Below the pieces are notes generated by a model. That model was not told the origin of the DNA. It saw only the letters and a program-made list of their open reading frames with translations, and did no database searches. Position numbers and translations under genes: made by a program. A stretch of 64,000 nt of DNA, taken from contig OZ241834.1 in NCBI GenBank assembly GCA_965202585.1, forward strand, positions 30,752,001 through 30,816,000. Direction: 5' to 3'. Each line of letters begins with the position of its first letter. The stretch's first letter is position 1. The stretch is from Thalia democratica. Its lineage: Eukaryota. Below, piece after piece: positions 24,401 to 36,400 of the stretch.

Positions 24401-27400
24401 TTAGTTTGAAAATATTTACTTTTATATCATTATTATACTTATTTATATTACTTATTTATATTACTAGTTCACCTGCTGGCTAGCAAACTGCAGTTTTTCC
24501 AGCCCGTTCAAGTATCGGTTTTGCAGCCCCTTCACCTCATTACGCTTCTCTTCCAGCAAGTTTTTAAACGTCAGTATGAGTTCCAAGTACGAAGTGGGGG
24601 TTACGTACGTCTTCCGCCTCAGCGAGTTCCAAAATTTGTCCGACAGGTGGCGCACGCTGCACGTAAATTTAAAGTGCAATGTCTTTTTAGTATAACATGC
24701 ATTTAGTTTCAACTAGCTTTTTGAGGATTGATTGTAATGGATTTGGAGTTTTAAAAGTAATGGGGCATAGGAAGGGATATATAACTTTTTTCACAATTTG
24801 ATCTTATTTTATAGAGTTTTAACTAAGCTACGAGATGTTATTTACAAATTTAAAAAATTCAATACATTTTTTTGAGATATAAAAGATCAAAGTTGGAGGT
24901 TTCTTTTGAGAAGCGCGAATTAAAACCGCGAAAAAAGACTACTTCACTAAAAATCTACCTTCTCCTACGTTTTTTGAGATAAATACCTCAACAAACGTAG
25001 GAGAAGGTAGATTTTTAGTGATTTCTATCTATATGCCGTTTTAGTTTACGCTTCCCATAAGGAACCTATTGTAGCCTCCGACTTAGACCGGCTATATCTC
25101 AAAATTATTTGAGTTTAAAAAATCTGTAAAAAGTAGTGATGTACCGGACTCACTATCCGGGTCCGGCCGGATATTGCCATTTTTGTCTGATATCCGGATC
25201 CGGCCGGATTCTAATTTGAAAAAAAAGTCCGGATCCGGTTCCGGCCGGATTCTAATTTGAAAAAAAAGTCCGGGTCCGGTTCCGGCCGGATTCTAATTAA
25301 AAAAAAAAGTCCGGATCCGGATCTAGTTAGTAAAAAAGAGCATACTGAAAAGTATTTTTTAAAAAACAAACCCTGAGTAAATTAATAAGAGTCATTTTCG
25401 TCAGTTAAAATTAAACACCTACCGTGATTGGCTCATTTTGTACACGTGACTAATTTACATTTGTTTACATTTAAACTATGAAATAAACATTTCATGAAAT
25501 AAAACTCTTTACATATGTTGTAAAATTGAAAACTTTGAAATGAACACTTGCATTTTTTATTGTTTAAAGTTGAGCTCAGAGAATATTTAGAGTTAAAACG
25601 GTTAAATGTACGAGCAAATGAGAATCATATGACGAAATATTTGAAACTAAATACTGATGCAACAAAACATCAGAACATGACAGGCAGTTTATATGTAAGC
25701 AGTTAGTTAGTTTGGTGTGTAGCTTGAAGCAACAAAATATCTTGAACGTTTTTGTGAATGCTTATTGTAAGTAGTGTTTTGTTTTAAAAGTGAATATTTC
25801 AACAGGTGTTTAATTGTTTAAATATTTAAGCCAGGTTTATAGTTTAATAGTTTATTAAAAGTTTTACAGTTTCATGTCTACTAAAAGTTTTATTTAATTT
25901 TTAGTTTTTTGTTTTAAGTCATTTGATATAGATTTAAATAGCTTCCAGTTTTTAAAGTGTTACCAAAGTAATTAATAATTTTGTATATGCTAGTATTTCT
26001 TGTTGTGTTTTATATAAAAGATTCATCACTCAAAACTGTCGTGTCTGATTATAGAAAGTAGTCTCAGTTAGAATTTAGTATTTGTTAGATATTTATTAAA
26101 TAAGGTAGGATTTAATTATGATGGGTAGTACTGATAAGTTAAGTGTACCACAATCAGTCCACAACTTTACTACCAAATTGTCAACCTTTGCTAGCTGTTC
26201 TACTGATTATTAGATTATAGTATTTTTTTCAGTTTTTAAAAACCTCATTCTGACTCAGGCTTGTTTATACTCACTCTAGCTAGTTTTATTGACTTAAACA
26301 GTAGAAACCCTGCTAGTTTGAAAATTTTTGGGAATTTTAGAAAATCTTGGACTGCCTCAGGCTAGTTTAGTTTTATATAAAAACTCAGGCTAGTTTTCTT
26401 TTAGATTTTGAATAAGTTTGAGCTGATCCAGTTTTCAATATTTTGTAACTTTCTAGTGTATTTTGTTCAAGAACTTGATTTCAGATTTTTAATTGTAAAT
26501 AACACCTAAATTTGTAAACCTTGTGGCTAGCTGTTCTACTTATTATTAGATTAAAGTTCTTTTTTTTTCAGTTTTTAAAAACCTCATTCTGACTCAGGCT
26601 AGTTTATTCTAGTGATGTACCGGATTCACTATCCGGGTCCGGCCGGATATTGCCATTTTTGTCTGATATCCGGATCCGGCCGGATTATAATTTGAAAAAT
26701 AAGTCCGGATCCGGTTCCGGCCGGACTCTAGTTTGAAAAAAAAGTCCGGGTCCGGTTCCGGCCGGATTTTAATTTAAAAAAAAAGTCCGGATCCGGTTCC
26801 GGCCGGATTCTAATTTGAAAAAAAAGTCCGGATCCGGATCCGGCCGGACCCGAAATTGTGGGTCCGGTACATCACTAGTAAAAAGCAACTTGTAGCTTAG
26901 TTAGAACTAAATAAAATAAGACTAAATTATGAAAAAGGCGATTTCTCCCCCTATGCTTTTTGTTAAAAATATAAAATAAAATCAATCTCATCTTAAAAGT
27001 TTTTAATTGTACTACAAAACATAATATTTTTTACACCTCTCATGGAAGTTCTTGCACATTTGCACGCATTTCTGCCTGATATCGTCTTCGAGGTCAACAT
27101 CAGCGAGAAATCTGTGAGCCACAATCTCCAACGCGTCCTCTGGCCACGCCTGTTGTGTGATTTTTTTTAAATAAAAATAAAAGTGTTTCCAAGTTCTGTC
27201 TGGCCACGCCTGTAACGTGTACATACTAACATAAAATAGTAAGAGTATTAAAATACTTTCTTTTCGTCATTCTTGTCAGAAAAATGTCATGAGATGTTTT
27301 AAACCAGTCTATATAAATAAAAAGATTAAAACTAAAGTATGAAAGTCTTCCAATTGATTTCGCTTGAGAAATAAATAAAAATTTATTTTAAATTGTTTTT

Positions 27401-30400
27401 TTTTTAAGTTAAAAACTACTAGTTCAACCAACTTGGAACCAGTCGATGGTGCAGCAGTTGATCAGCGACGGGAACATCCTCAGTCTCGTTCTCAGGGAAT
27501 CCCCTATGGGGCTCATCGCCAGGACGACGTGCAGGTTCGCCTTGACCCTCTCGATGAAGTAGTTGTACATGGCAACCGGGTTTCCCTCGATCTTGCGGCC
27601 CGTTTTCTTCGCTATCGCCATCATCTTGTCCATCAGCTCGACTGGCGAAAAATATTATTTTAAAACGAATTCAAAGAAGTTTTTTTCAAATAATTTTTTT
27701 ATATATTACTGATATAAACTTATTTTAAGCAAACAAAGAAGGACTTTATATTAGATAACATACGTAAACAAAAAAAAATCGTAAACATCCATAATATATG
27801 TAATAACCATCCATTCGGTGTAGAACTTGTAGAGAGAGTTTTTTAACTGACACAATTTTTTTAAAAACTAGAAAGAGAAAAAAAAAAACTTAAAGTTAAC
27901 AAACCTTTCTCATCGGCTGGGAACAGGTTGGGGATGTCTGCGGTGTTGAGGATCATGTTGATGTCTTCCACGAAGCTTTCCTCCTTGATCTGCTGGTCGC
28001 TGAACAGAAACACGAGGGGATTACCCTGTGCCGCCTTCTTCATCATCGTCCTGATGTCTTCCCGCCAATCAGCGAACGAGTAAGACCTTTGAAAAAAAGA
28101 ACGTTTGTTAGTAATAAATTAGATGTATAAAAGTTTAAAAAAAGTTTTATTAAAATTTATATCTACATTTTTATATAAAATGGTCCATAAAACTTTTAAT
28201 AAAACATAGTTTGGTATGGATTAGCTCACTGTAAACATGACATTACAAATTATTAAATTTTTAAGTGTTACTTTTCAATAATAAAGTATTTCAATATATT
28301 TATAACTTCATTCTAAACAAACCTTGTCAGTTCCACGGTGTAGATGTCGTAGTCGGCCATGAAAGCGGCCAACCTCGTGACCGACTTCCTGCCGCTGCCC
28401 CCCACTCCGATCAGCAACAGGTGGCCGTTGTCCTGCTTGAGGACCCTCGCTACCCTCGACACGTGCTCGATGGCGAACTTGAACATCACCAGCGACATCG
28501 GCGTCTTTGATACCTGAATGTTAAGTTGTATGAGAATGGTAACTTGGTTTAAGTTGTGTATTGAGACACAAAACTTAAATTGAGTAGCGAATGTACATCT
28601 CTTCTTGTATAAAATTGTAGAGACTAGTCACTAATATAAATATATTTTTGGCTATTTGAACAGATTTTTTGATTCGGACTAATTTTTCTCCTTAATAAAA
28701 GACCAAGTTTAAAATTGAAAGTGTTTTATTGAAGATTAAAAGTATACTACTAATCTAAACTATTACAACTACTTAAATTGTAGTAAACCAGCTAGGTTCT
28801 CAGATATTACATATTAGATTTACATTTTGCATAAAAGTTATCTAACCTGATTGTATTCTTCCAGATAGTGCTCCATCATATCTGTTAATTCTTTGAAATC
28901 TGCAATTTCATCGTAAACCTGAGCTTCTTGATCCATGTAATTTCCGAAAAATAAGTTTCTTATGTCGTCATCCTGAATATTACATGTTGTTTAAGAACAA
29001 ATTTATTTGAAAACCAATTCGGTCATCGATTGACTTTGAAATAAAAAATGATATACAGTTTCGAAAAAGAGTAATAGTTTCTAACTACTTTTGGAAATTT
29101 AAGTTTTTCTACAAATCTAAAAACAGAATACTCTTAATATTCTTAAAATGTAATAAAATATTTTTACTGACAACAAGTTGTTTTCCGGTGACGCATCTTG
29201 CACATATCTTGTCCATACTTTGTTTGAAATAGTCAGTACAACACTCCTTCACTATTCTGAAGTAGGCCTGCCTGTCTTCATCGTCTATCAGGCGATCGTA
29301 AAACACCCTGTTTTATAATTACTGTTGATCTAAGCTCTGGTTTTTTTATACGTTTTTAATAAATTATTTATTTTTAATTTACACCATAAAATTTTGTCTT
29401 TTTTATTTTTTATTTGGTCAAAATATATATTAAATTGAACTTAATAATTTACATAGTTCTCTAACATTTCATCTAAACTGGTCCTAAGATTTTTCAATTT
29501 AAACTAAGTTATAATACTCAATAAAACTATAAACTTTCAAGAAAGCAGTAAACAATGGTCAGTGAACTTTCTAATACAAACTGTTCCTCCAACCTGTACA
29601 CTTCGTGCACCCAAAGCCTGATGAACTTGTCGGAGGTTTCCATCCTGTTGCCAGGCACCAGGAGTATTCCCCTGATGACCCTGGCGAAGTCCCTCAGGTT
29701 GAACACGTAGTGGGACTTGGTGGGGGTGGGCAGGAAGGTTTCCATGGTCCTGTTGTAAACTCCCATCGTCGCCTGCACCATCGCCCTACCTACGTTGGAG
29801 TGAGAAGTTTTCAGTTAGCAGATTTAACTCGGTTTTAATGATGTATTTAAACTTTAATTTCAAGGTGACATGCTAAGATCATGATTCTGAGTTTTAATCA
29901 CAATAATAGAAAAAGCTGCTTCAGTATACTAAACTTTAATCAACTCATGCTTTCTTGATTCATTTACATATTTTTTTCATGATGTTATATACAAGTTTGT
30001 ACCACTAAAGAAAAAATTAACTCTGTTCGAGTATAAACATTTCATGAGTCTTAAACTTAGAAAGTTGTATTTACAGCAATCAGTTTTATTTTTTTGAAAA
30101 CTGTCATTATCTATCATTTCAAATCAGATAGATTTGTAAGTAAAACTTGATTAAATTAACTACATTAACATCTTACTTGCTCTCTGAATACCGGCATCGT
30201 AGCCCGATGCGTACTGCCAATCCACGATGGACTGGAATATTTTGGTGATGGTGTCCTGCGAGAAGTTGTCGATCGATATCACGTTCAAATGGCGCGTCAT
30301 CCGATCCGTGATGCTGTTTCTACCGCCGCCAGGGGGACCCATTGCGCTGTAAACAGTTTTAATAGTGCTATAAACCATGGTTGTTAAAAAAAAATGTTTG

Positions 30401-33400
30401 AAATAATTACCAAAGTTAATATAATAATACAAACAACGTTTTACAAAAATCTACTATAAATAAAATGTATAAAATGTTATGAGTTCTAAAAAACTTTAAA
30501 CAAAAAATGCTGTTCTATATTAAAAAAAAATATATATAAAAAATTACAAAATGTATCAATCTCAAATCACTATTTTAATCCGTTTTATTTCGAACACCTT
30601 TTTTTTGATTATGTAGATAAAGCATAGTTTATCAAACGATAAAATATTAAATTATATATAAAACTAACGATATGAAGAGAACATCGGTAAGGTTGATTTT
30701 AGAGCTATCTTTCTTGTCGTACACGAATCCGTGGTCGAGCCAAGTTCTCAACAGCTCGATGGGAGGTTGCGCTCCATATATCTGATATCGTTTTTATAAA
30801 TTACCTTTTAAATACATTACAACATAGTTTTTAGTCTGAAACCGCTATGAGGCAAAGAGTAAAGGTGTTTAGAGAAAATTAAACTTTATTTTATGAAATA
30901 AAACTTCATTAGATTAGATCTATTTGTAACCTTTTAAAGAAAAAAACTAGTGAGGTGTTTAATTTGCAAGTTTTCAACCTAAAAATAACTATAACTAAAC
31001 AGACTACTAAAAGAATAACATATATATATATATAGTTTTTCTTGAAGCAGTTCATGGTTTCTTACAACCAAAATAAAAAAACGTAAGAAAAACAAATAAA
31101 ATAAAAAAAGTAACAAGCCAAAAACAAACTTCTTTCTGGGGCATGTTGAGGTCGTCAACGAATAGGACGCACTTTTTGTTCACCGGCGGTCCGTACAAGC
31201 CACGTCTTCTGCGGTCCAGCTTGGACATTATTATGTCCTGGGTCTGGCCGGCGGATGTCCTGGCGCTGAAGTTGATGTTGTTCTGCACGAACTTCTCCTT
31301 ATCGAGACGGAGCAGGTAGTCGTTCGTTATCGCAGATTTTCCGGTTCCTTACAAAGATAATACGTTTCGGTTTATATTAAGTAAAAAATATTCTTAATGT
31401 AGTTAAATGTTTTTTTTTTACTCCAGGTTTTCTGAATTTCTTCCAGAATTTTGAAAGTACACGTTTTTGGGTCTATTTGTAGTTTAAAATTAAGTTCAAG
31501 TTAAAAAACAGTTTTAAACAGTATAACAACATTGAAAAGATACTGTAAACCTACTTTAAAAGTGTTTTTCTACTACAAAAAAAAATTGATTATGACAAAA
31601 CACAATAATTTTTTTGATACATTTTTTGTGTAAAATCGAAATTTCACTACTTAGTATGTAAAAAAAATTAAATTCAAGGTTTTTCTAGGTTACTTAGTGA
31701 TTTTTGTCGAAAATTCCAGGTTTTTACTGTTTTTTTTTTTTTAATTTTCCCAAACTGCAGGTTTTTCCAGGATTCCAGGTTTTTTGGCAACCCTGTTTTA
31801 AGTTACAGGTAGCTTTACTGAAAATATTTCAAATTAGTTGACGAGTATTAACCTTAAAAGCTTAAAGTATATATTTTTTCTAAAATCTACTTAATCATTA
31901 GAACGGTGTAGGTTAGTTTTATGTCAAATGTATTGTAAAAGAATCAAAAACTAAACCTAAAATCTCCTTGTTATGTAAATGTAAAGTAAATCATGGCTAG
32001 ATTATAATTGATAGACTTTTATATTTAGCATGGAAAAAAGTGAGTACAAATTAAACTTAATCTAATACACAGTTTAAAGTATCATGAGATCAAGTTATTT
32101 GTATTGAATGACGATTGGAACTACCTGTTGGGCCGCAGAACAGGACAGGCACACCAGACTTAATGAAATGGTCAAGAAAGTAGCTCTGTTGGGCCGTGTT
32201 CATTGTAGTTATTATTATTTCGCTTACCTAAATAAAAAGATGAAGTAATAAAAAGATCCAATAAGTTTTTATAGAGCGTAAAATTTTTATGAGTAATTTT
32301 ATAATTGGAATTATTTTATTTTTTTAATACTCGTTTTAAAAATGTTATTTTAAAGTTTTGTTTACATGAGTAAAATATGGTATGTTTCATTACTACTTAC
32401 TTTAGCGTCTTCGGCTATAGCAACATCGCTGTTTTGGTAATAATTCATCCAATTTTCCCATCCACCGTTGGATCGTTTGCGGAAGAAAAAGTCGTATACA
32501 GATCCTTCATAATAACATTGTTATTAATTACATGCAAAATGGGAAACTATCTTATCTAAAATACTATAACCTGATAAAACAAACAGTTATTGTTCTTTAT
32601 GAAACATGCTTTAGAACAAATACAAAAAACTTTAAAATAAATCCGCAACTAAAAAGTCTTAAAGCAGCTAAAACTAAACCAAAGAAAACAAATAATTTGT
32701 TATTTAATTACTTTAAAAAATCTTGGAAACAACAAACCCACCTTTTTCAGGGAAGCAGTGCTGTTTCGAGAGTTTGGAAGACTTCGGCTTGGGATATTTG
32801 TTCTCCTGACCTGAAATGAGCGATCTGAAGAACAAATCGAACTTTTTTCTGCTCTCTCCGTCAATAGTGGCGCCTAGTGACCAAACTACGCTGAACAACA
32901 TTATTCCTTGCAGCCACAACGAAATCTGAAAAATTATAAGATGACTATTTTAACAAGATGTAATTAAGGTAGTAAATAGTAACCTTTAAGTATTCATAGT
33001 TATATAAAAACAACATTGAAAACTACCGCTTAAAAACGGTTAAATTTTTCCGAGTTAGTAAAAATTGTTAGAAATTTTTTAGTGTACGATACGTGCCTAC
33101 GAAGTTATAAAAATAGCACTTTTTAGTTAAAACACACACAAGTTATTTCATTAATTTGTATTAATACGTTAAACTCATCTGAACCTGCTGGTGAGTCATG
33201 GAGTTTTCGCTCTCTTCCGCCAGATCGCCCGAAGACCTGATCTCCGTCAGCAAGCTGTCGAACAACCTGATCAGCATCACTGTCAGGTGCAGCTCCGATG
33301 ATTTCAACTGTGCGTTGAAAAATGATTTAAAAAAACTGCAGAAAAAAAAAGTGTACCGAGTAGAACTTAAAGCACAAATTCAAATTTATTCATTTGGTAC

Positions 33401-36400
33401 TTGAATGTTTTTATTTGTAATTAAATTTCAACATTGTTACTTTGTCACAAAAAATGCAAAAAAAATCTTATGTTTTGTTTTACTGAAAAACGCAAAAAAA
33501 AATTCTTGTAAATCAATACGTTTTAACAGATTCATAAACAAATGTAAATCAAAACTGACTATATATTTGCAGTTGTGCCTGATAAACTCAAAGCAAGGAT
33601 TGAGGAGCCATTCGAACATGTCACTCAGCATGGTTCTATGCTCTTCGTCGATGTTAGACGGCAACGTGTTTATGTATGAATCCTGTGTGTGATGTTTTAG
33701 TAAAATAAACATAACCAAAATGATGAAAGCTTAATAAAACTTAATATACAAATATACTAAAAACATAAAACTTGAAGAAATGCTTTTTCTTTTTTTTTTT
33801 TGTGCTCATAACACCAGTTTATTCAACTGCGAAATAAAATAAAGCTTAATGCTTATGAAGCTAAAAATGTTGTTGAAACTCATTTTAAGTTTGTTCAACT
33901 TTAAAAAAAAAAATCACAATGCAAATTTAACATCGACCTTGAAAGGAGCCCAGCCAAGCTCTCCGGGTTCGATGTAGATCATACCACATCTGGACACGGT
34001 GGCGGGCGAAGCTTGCTCCAAATCGGCAGGCTCGAATATCAAGCTCATCTGTGAGTTAGTGAAGTTTATTCTTAAGCTAACACTTTGCTTTTTAAACATA
34101 CCGCAAGTTTGATTAGGTTTGAGGGAAGAATGTGTTAGTTGTACACTTTACTGTTAAAACTAGTTAAATATTTCAATAACATAAAGGAAAAAACTTCACA
34201 AAATTAACTAAATTTTGAATTGTTTTTGAATAAGAGCCTTATAAAATTAATTTTCTTCGTTAAAAGTAGCTTCAATATTATAGTTCTTAAAAACCAAATT
34301 ATTACAAAAAATAAATACGTTCACGATAAAAAAAATAATTAAAATCAAGTTTTATCTGTAAAAAACAAACAACATGCAAAAATACAAAGTCATTCTATGA
34401 AGTTTAAAATACCAAAGAAAACCAACAAAAGTTCTGGTAATTATTTAAAAAGTGAACATACCTTGTTGCTCATTTGTATGATTTCTCCGCTCATGAGACA
34501 CAGTTTTTTGTTGTCATCCAATACAGTGTTCATGTTTTCAATCCAAACCGCGTCTACCGGACCATCGAACAACAGCCACTGACTGTAAGATAACATAGTT
34601 TGAACAAAGAGAACTTAACAATAAAATAAACACATATACGTTGTGTTATTATATAAAAAAGACTGATTATCAATTTAAGAAGTTCACACACTTATTTAAA
34701 AAGAACAAGATTATAAAAACCAAAAAGTTAATTTAAAAAGCGTTTCTATGCTAAGAAGAAGAACAGAAAAGGTGCATATTCTACAAGGAACAAATCTAGA
34801 GGTGTAAATTACACCAAGACATAATTCTTTATACGAGAAATTACTACAGCAGCTTTTATATCTTCAGTAAAGCTTTACTGATATTTTTTCATTAAACCAC
34901 AACCTTATCCAATCAAAACTTCTCACCGGTGAGGGGAGTCAGTAGATGCCTGTTTTCTGTACAATATGGGCAGCACGCCGTCTGACCACTCGTGCGAGAC
35001 GGGATCGAAGCTTCCGTACAGCTGGAACATGGACACCGACTTCGGGTTGATTATGTTGAAGTCCACGCCCAAAACCTCGTCCAAAGCCTTGCTGTTGTAC
35101 AAGTCCGTGAGCGTTTGCGCTAGACACTGGAGAAATGATTATGTGGTTAAATACAGTACGTAAAAAGATAGAATGTCCAGTTTATATGTGTAGCGTGAAA
35201 AAATAAAAAACATTTCAAGATAATAGTACGGTAGTCTAAAAAACACTTTATTTTGAAATAACCAGATCTCTAGTTATACATTGAATTTGGTTTGAAGCAT
35301 ATAGTTTAACAAATAAACATAATTATTTGTAACAACCTGGTACGCAGTGGTTTTCCCGCCAAGTGGGTCGCCAACAATCATGAAACCGTGACGAACCAGC
35401 ATCATTTCGTAGACCTTTATTATTTTTAAAGTGTGGTTAATATTACAAAATACTCATTACTATGGTATGTAGGTTGTGAACAAAAATATTGCTAAAACAT
35501 CGAAGATCATTGCTATTATAAAACTTATTATATAGAAAAAAACAATCTTTTTTCATTAGTGTTTTCAAGAAGTTCAATGTAAATATTAGTTATCAATGCA
35601 CAAACTTGCGTAATTTTTGTGATGACGAAATCAGTAGCCTGCAAGTTTTTACTCTTTAGGACTTTTTTGAGCGCAGTGTACAAAACTTCGTAGTCAGGTT
35701 TCGGCAGCTCAACTCCCGGAAAGAGGTCAGAAATTATACCTGTATTTATTTAAAATTAAATTCAAAAAAGAAAAGAAAAACAGTTTTTATTGCAATAGTT
35801 CATTGCAAGTAAGAGTAGATAAAAAAGCTAGCTTAAAAACTTCAGACGTCTTCTCAAACTTTCAACAACAAATCTATCTGACCGTTAAACAAAGGCACGT
35901 CTTGTGAGAGGAATTTAGCCAGATTGACGTCCATGATCGCTCGCAACATCAGGATGCTCTCGTTTTCATCGGGATACTTCAGTTTCAAGTTTCCCGCCGC
36001 CGTCAGCACCGACTTCACCGCTCTCATACCTTCAAGTTAGATTAAAGTTTTCTTTTTTGAACGCTAAACTTTGCACTGCAGCCGGCTAATATATGCAATG
36101 AAAGTTCTTAATAAACTTTCAGCAACTAAAACATTAATTGAAGTCAATTTTATGGAAACCGGAAAACAGAGATAGAAAACTGAAGGGTTATGCTTTACAC
36201 TTGCTTGTAGTAAATTACACGATTGCAACCAACCATATATTTTACCAGTAACATCTGCATAAAAATTATACACTAGCACGTACCGTAATCGTAATGGTGT
36301 TGTGAGGACAGTTGCTCCGAGCACAACCTGTAAGTGGCAACGATCTTCTGCGCCAGACTCCTCGCATCAACGAACCCCATGGAGTACAGAGATATTTCTC

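Larger units (their letters stand above)
25134..26877. mobile_element. Composite hAT-like element with two left ends
   Basis: TIR TAGTGATGTACCGGA at 25134 and again at 26610; right TIR TCCGGTACATCACTA ending 26877; 8-bp TSD GTAAAAAG flanks only the outermost ends. Confidence 0.88.
24762..26958. mobile_element. Foldback (long inverted repeat) MITE, Kolobok-like termini, interrupted by the composite hAT element
   Basis: Left arm 24762-24972 is the imperfect reverse complement of 24993-25133 joined to 26886-26958; perfect 28-bp central IR (24945-24972 / 24993-25020); termini GGGGCATAGG / CCCCTATGC resemble those of the 59228-59935 element. Confidence 0.75.

Noticed and set aside
25196-26850. 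Regularly spaced repeats superficially like a CRISPR array
   Set aside because: Units are contiguous tandem copies without unique spacers, within a eukaryotic transposon.
32218-32232. TAG|GTAAGC (acceptor directly followed by a donor-like motif, recursive-splice-like); similar AG|GT starts at 29789 and 28513
   Set aside because: Explained by the encoded residues (VSE...), and skipping the 103-nt exon would remove the AAA3 P-loop and shift the frame; no independent support.
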